A stretch of DNA of 64,000 nt, from the NCBI GenBank assembly GCA_001724265.1, contig MEDY01000047.1, positions 1 through 64,000 of the forward strand, written 5' to 3'. A program made the position numbers and the translations under genes. This document shows, piece after piece, positions 60,218-64,000 of this stretch (within the stretch, counting starts at the first letter, position 1; each line of letters opens with the position of its first letter). The notes below the pieces were generated by a model, which saw only the letters and a list, made by a program, of their open reading frames with translations, was not told the origin of the DNA and did not search any database. Source of the stretch: Rhizaria sp. SCN 62-66 (taxonomy: Eukaryota).

Positions 60218-62872
60218 ATGTCGTCCACCTACGACGCCTTCGACGGCACTGAGTCCTTCGTCCCCGAAGGCAGCTACACCGCCGACTACCATACCCTCTC
60301 TGGCGCTGGTGCTGCGCAGCAGAACAATGGCGCGCAATACCACGGCATCTCGCTCAACTCCTCCTCACTGGCTGCCGATGACGACATTCTGTACGGCCAA
60401 AACGCGAACGCGCTTGACAACAACGACGGGGCGCTGCTTGCCACCTCGGGCCACGCCCCTGGCTCCGACGCGGGCCCCGAACGCCGCTTTTATCTCACTC
60501 TCGACGCGCATTACACGCAGTATGCACTGATGGTGCTGCTCGGCTTCGTCAATAACCTCAGTTACGTCGTCGTTTTGTCCGCCGCGAAGTCGCTCGCGCG
60601 CGCGCACGATAAGGAGAATCTAATTGGCGCGCTGCAGTGGGCTAACGTTGGTTTTGGTCTTGTTGCCAAGTTTATCAACACTGCGTTTTTCCTCAACTCC
60701 AGGTATGTTCAGCCCCAAATTGCATTATTTTTTTTTTAGTTCGATCGGCCATTAGTGACATCGCTCCCATTCGCTCGAACTTTTATGTAACTTAATCGTA
60801 CCATGCTCATTTAATTTATTGTTTTATTGTCGATTCATCTCATTATATTCTTATTTTTTGTTTTCTTTACTTTGTCGCACTTTGTATTGTTGCATATTAT
60901 GTCATTGTGCGATATGAACCCCCACAGCTTCGTTGTGCGCATGACTCTTTGCACGTCTTTCATGCTCAGCGGTCTCATCCTCACCGCTCTGTCCCCATCC
61001 CTGGCTTTTGAGGTCGCTTTCCTGGGCATTCTCCTCATCGGCTCCGCCTCTGCGCTGGGTGAGAGCGTTCTGATGGGCTATTTCAAACTTCTGGATCCTG
61101 CTTTGGTCGGCGCCTGGTCCTCGGGCACTGGTTTCGCGGGCGTTGGTGGCAGTCTGATCTATCTCATCATGCACACGATGATCCATCTTTCGGACACTGT
61201 CATCTTTCTGGTTATTCTCCCGCTCTCTATCGCTTACTACGCTGCGTTCTCAGTCGTGCACACACGGTACGGCGCCGGCTCTGGGAAGCAAATGGTCACT
61301 TTCGAGGAAGCTGCTGCCGGGCTGGGCCACCGCCCGGGGTCCAAACACGCTCAGGACGGCGGCGCACTGCTCGGAACGGAAGACTTCGACAGCGCCGCGA
61401 CCGTGGGCGCGAGCCACGGCTACTTGCCCCCGTCCACTGCCGCCACGGGCCATAGTAACAATGCGGGGGGCGTCGGCTTCGGCTCTGCGTCGCCCATCTC
61501 AGTCTCCCGCAACCGCCGGGGTGGTGGCAACAAGTCCCGTCGCAGTGGCAACTACTACGATGACGACACCGCCGACCCTGTCTCCACCAACGCCAAGAGC
61601 AACAACGGGAACAACAACAATCACAGTAACTCCCTCCTCGCAATGCCGCTGCCGATGCCGAGCTCCAGCGCTGCACCCCCCGGCTTGTTACTATCGGACG
61701 GCGTCTCTGACGGCTCCCGCGGCACCACCCCCGCGCTGTCCGCCGGCCCTAGCTCTTTCAAGGACCCGATTCTTCCTTACGGCGCGTCCCCGCAGCTGGG
61801 CACTGGCACCGGCCCTCTGAACCCGTCTGGCCGCGCGGGCAAGCTCCCCCCGCCCCTGAGCGGGAAACTCCCCGCCTCCTCGGCCGCCGCCGCCGCCGCG
61901 GCTGCCGCCGCCGACGACACGGACGACGACACGGCGACCGGCGTGGTGGTAACCCGGATCCGCGGCGGCGCGCGCGCGCGGGGCCAGAGCCACAGCGTCA
62001 ACAGCAAGCGCATTGTCGCGAACAGCACCGCTGCCGGCAACCACGCGGACGGTGATAACCACAGCGAGTATGAGAGCGAAGGCAGCGTGATCCGCCGTGA
62101 CATCAGCACTGCGCACGCCGCCGCCTTCGAGAGCAACCATCATTTCCTGCCGTTGACGCATGCCGGCCCCGGCGCGTCCCCGTCCCGCGCCGTGACCGCT
62201 GCCGAGGCCCAGTCCGCAGCGGCCGCCACGCAGGTCAGCGAGCCGGGCGCGCCGCTGCATTTCTCTGATTCGAATAGCAGCAGCGCGCTCGCGAGTGCCC
62301 ACGGCGCCACGGTCTCTGTCGCTGCTGCTGCTGACAGCGGCGACGTGAGTGCGCTGACGATGGGAGCTCGTGTCAAGCGTTCTTTCGGGATCGTCGCTTC
62401 CCCGGCCATCCAGCTCGCGCTGGTGTATTTCTTCGAGTACGTCGTCTGCGTCGGTTTTGCCGCCGTCGCCAACCCAGACCCTGAGACGTGGGCTGAACGC
62501 AATGCGTACGAGATTCTCTCACTGTGCTACCAAACCGGCGTCTGGATCAGCCGGTCTAGTATCCAACTCATCCAGATTCGCCGGTTTGAGATCATTACGG
62601 TCGTGCAAGGGTTTAACTTCCTCTTTTGGTTCCTTCACGTCATGTTTGGCTTCATGGCTGTTTACGCGCAGTTCGCCGCGATGCTCTGGGTTGGACTGTT
62701 CGCCGGTGCGATGTATGTCAACGTGTTCTTTGTGCTGCTCCGCGATGATAAGTACGAGGTTGACCGTGAGCTTAACCTTAACATTGTCTCGATTTTTATC
62801 AATATCGGTGTGATGATGTCGTCGTTCTTTACGCTGATCGCTGATAACACGTTTCTTGCTAAGTTTCATTGA
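60218..62872 (+). CDS. CLN3: CLN3/battenin (Btn1)-family lysosomal MFS-like protein with a long low-complexity loop, ~809 aa
   Basis: Exons 60218-60702 and 60928-62872. LLGFVNNLSYVVVLSAA, SALGES, AWSSGTGFAGVGG, LVYFFEY, YQTGVWISRSS, GLFAGAMYVN. Ends TGA. Confidence 0.93.
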
Positions 62873-63614
62873 ACAAGAAAACAAAGGAACAATGGGACAA
62901 CAATTTGTTTTGTGTTTGTTTCGTAAGACTTGTGAAGTCAATTTTTTTTCGCACTCGTATTGAAATTTGCAGTGGTGAAGATTCCTCTATTTCCCCCAAC
63001 TTAGTGGGACTTTCTTTGGTTTTATTTCTGTGAGACTTTTTCTGTTTGTGCAGTATCCGTATTATTTATTCTTCCTTTGCCGTCAGCATGCAAAAGCAAA
63101 GGCCAATACATAGTAGATATACACTTGAAGTGAGCCAGCTTTTTGACTAAAGAACGATTTATTTATGACAAGAAAGCTTAGTTAGATTATGTTCAAGCGG
63201 TGATGACGCACCACACTAATATTGCTAAGAAAAGGGCGTTAGAGAGTCGTTACATTCCGGTTTGCGGCAAACAAACGCTACGATGAAAACGCTTTGACTA
63301 TAGAAAACATAAACGAAATTGAGAAAATACAACAAAAAAAACACAAAGTAAAGCAACACAAATCACCACCAACCATGTTCACTTCAAAGAAAAAGAAGAA
63401 AAACAACAACTTCAACAAACCATTTATAATCACAACATGCGTTACACACATGTCTTACACACTGTACGTGGCATTCGGGGCGCGATACTTGATCGAAGTA
63501 TCAAAAGGCATCACACACCGTTTCTTTTTAGTACACAGTGCTGTTTCCGCATATTTTCGCATGCATAATATGCTTTTTGACAAATTGGTTTCTTTTAGGA
63601 TTGTTCCACTTCGT

Positions 63615-64000
63615 TTACGCGCGAACGCAGGCACGCTTCGTAGACTGCGTATTGCACGAGATATCATCCTCACCGCTCTCAATCTGGATCGTCGAGTGAG
63701 AAATACCATACTTCTTCCGCAGCATCCTCTGCGCGCGCGCCAGTACACGGCCCGCCTCGCCCAACACAGCGCTCGCGGCCTCGGCCTCCGCGAGTGCGTT
63801 TTCGTCCGACAGGGGAGAGAACGGCGTCGGCGGAATCGGCGACGCCGGGATGACGGGCTGGACCTGTAAATGCACCGATAACGCGGGGTTACCGACCGAG
63901 AGGGACCAGACGTGGAGGTCGTGGACGCGTTGGACACCGGGGATGGCCTTGAGGTCGGCCGTGAGGGCAGCGACGTTGAGGCCGTCGGGCACGCCCTCCA
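63615..64000 (-). CDS. Cation diffusion facilitator (ZnT/SLC30-like) zinc transporter, C-terminal part only
   Basis: EGVPDGLN..L..IPGVQRVHDLHVWSLS..ALSVHL and YGISHSTIQIE. Ends TAA. Confidence 0.9.
   Translation of the reverse strand, partial: EGVPDGLNVAALTADLKAIPGVQRVHDLHVWSLSVGNPALSVHLQVQPVIPASPIPPTPFSPLSDENALAEAEAASAVLGEAGRVLARAQRMLRKKYGISHSTIQIESGEDDISCNTQSTKRACVRA

Noticed and set aside
1-64000. Prokaryotic systems (operons, CRISPR, defence islands) or a viral insertion suggested by TOP2
   Set aside because: Spliceosomal introns and eukaryote-specific genes (PSMD3, CLN3, SMYD) throughout; no repeat-spacer array, integrase or capsid gene; TOP2 has host-like introns and codon usage.

Overview
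Gene-dense nuclear DNA of a unicellular eukaryote. Exons are GC-rich, while introns (about 130-290 nt) and intergenic spacers are AT-rich. I reconstruct 12 protein-coding genes: an unknown acidic protein (partial), a giant kelch/EGF/REJ/GPS polycystin-1-like receptor, a giant P2C-type (Na+/K+-like) P-type ATPase, a type IIA topoisomerase with a transit-peptide-like N-terminus, a short-chain dehydrogenase, an SMYD-type SET methyltransferase, a PfkB kinase, cysteinyl-tRNA synthetase, an ankyrin + LRRC34-like protein, proteasome Rpn3/PSMD3, CLN3/battenin and a CDF zinc transporter (partial). The main hidden signal is that the ORF track fragments the two giant genes at four isolated in-frame TAG codons. 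The same frame continues after each one, while none of the 11 visible gene ends uses TAG (7 TAA, 4 TGA). This suggests a non-standard nuclear code with UAG as a sense codon (Leu or Gln) uncoupled from UAA. Gene decay or sequence error is not excluded, because the receptor gene also has one in-frame TAA and a 1-nt frameshift. Second signal: all 19 inferred introns have a pyrimidine at donor position +4 (consensus GTAYG) and none has GTRAG. No rRNA, tRNA, CRISPR or mobile element could be supported.
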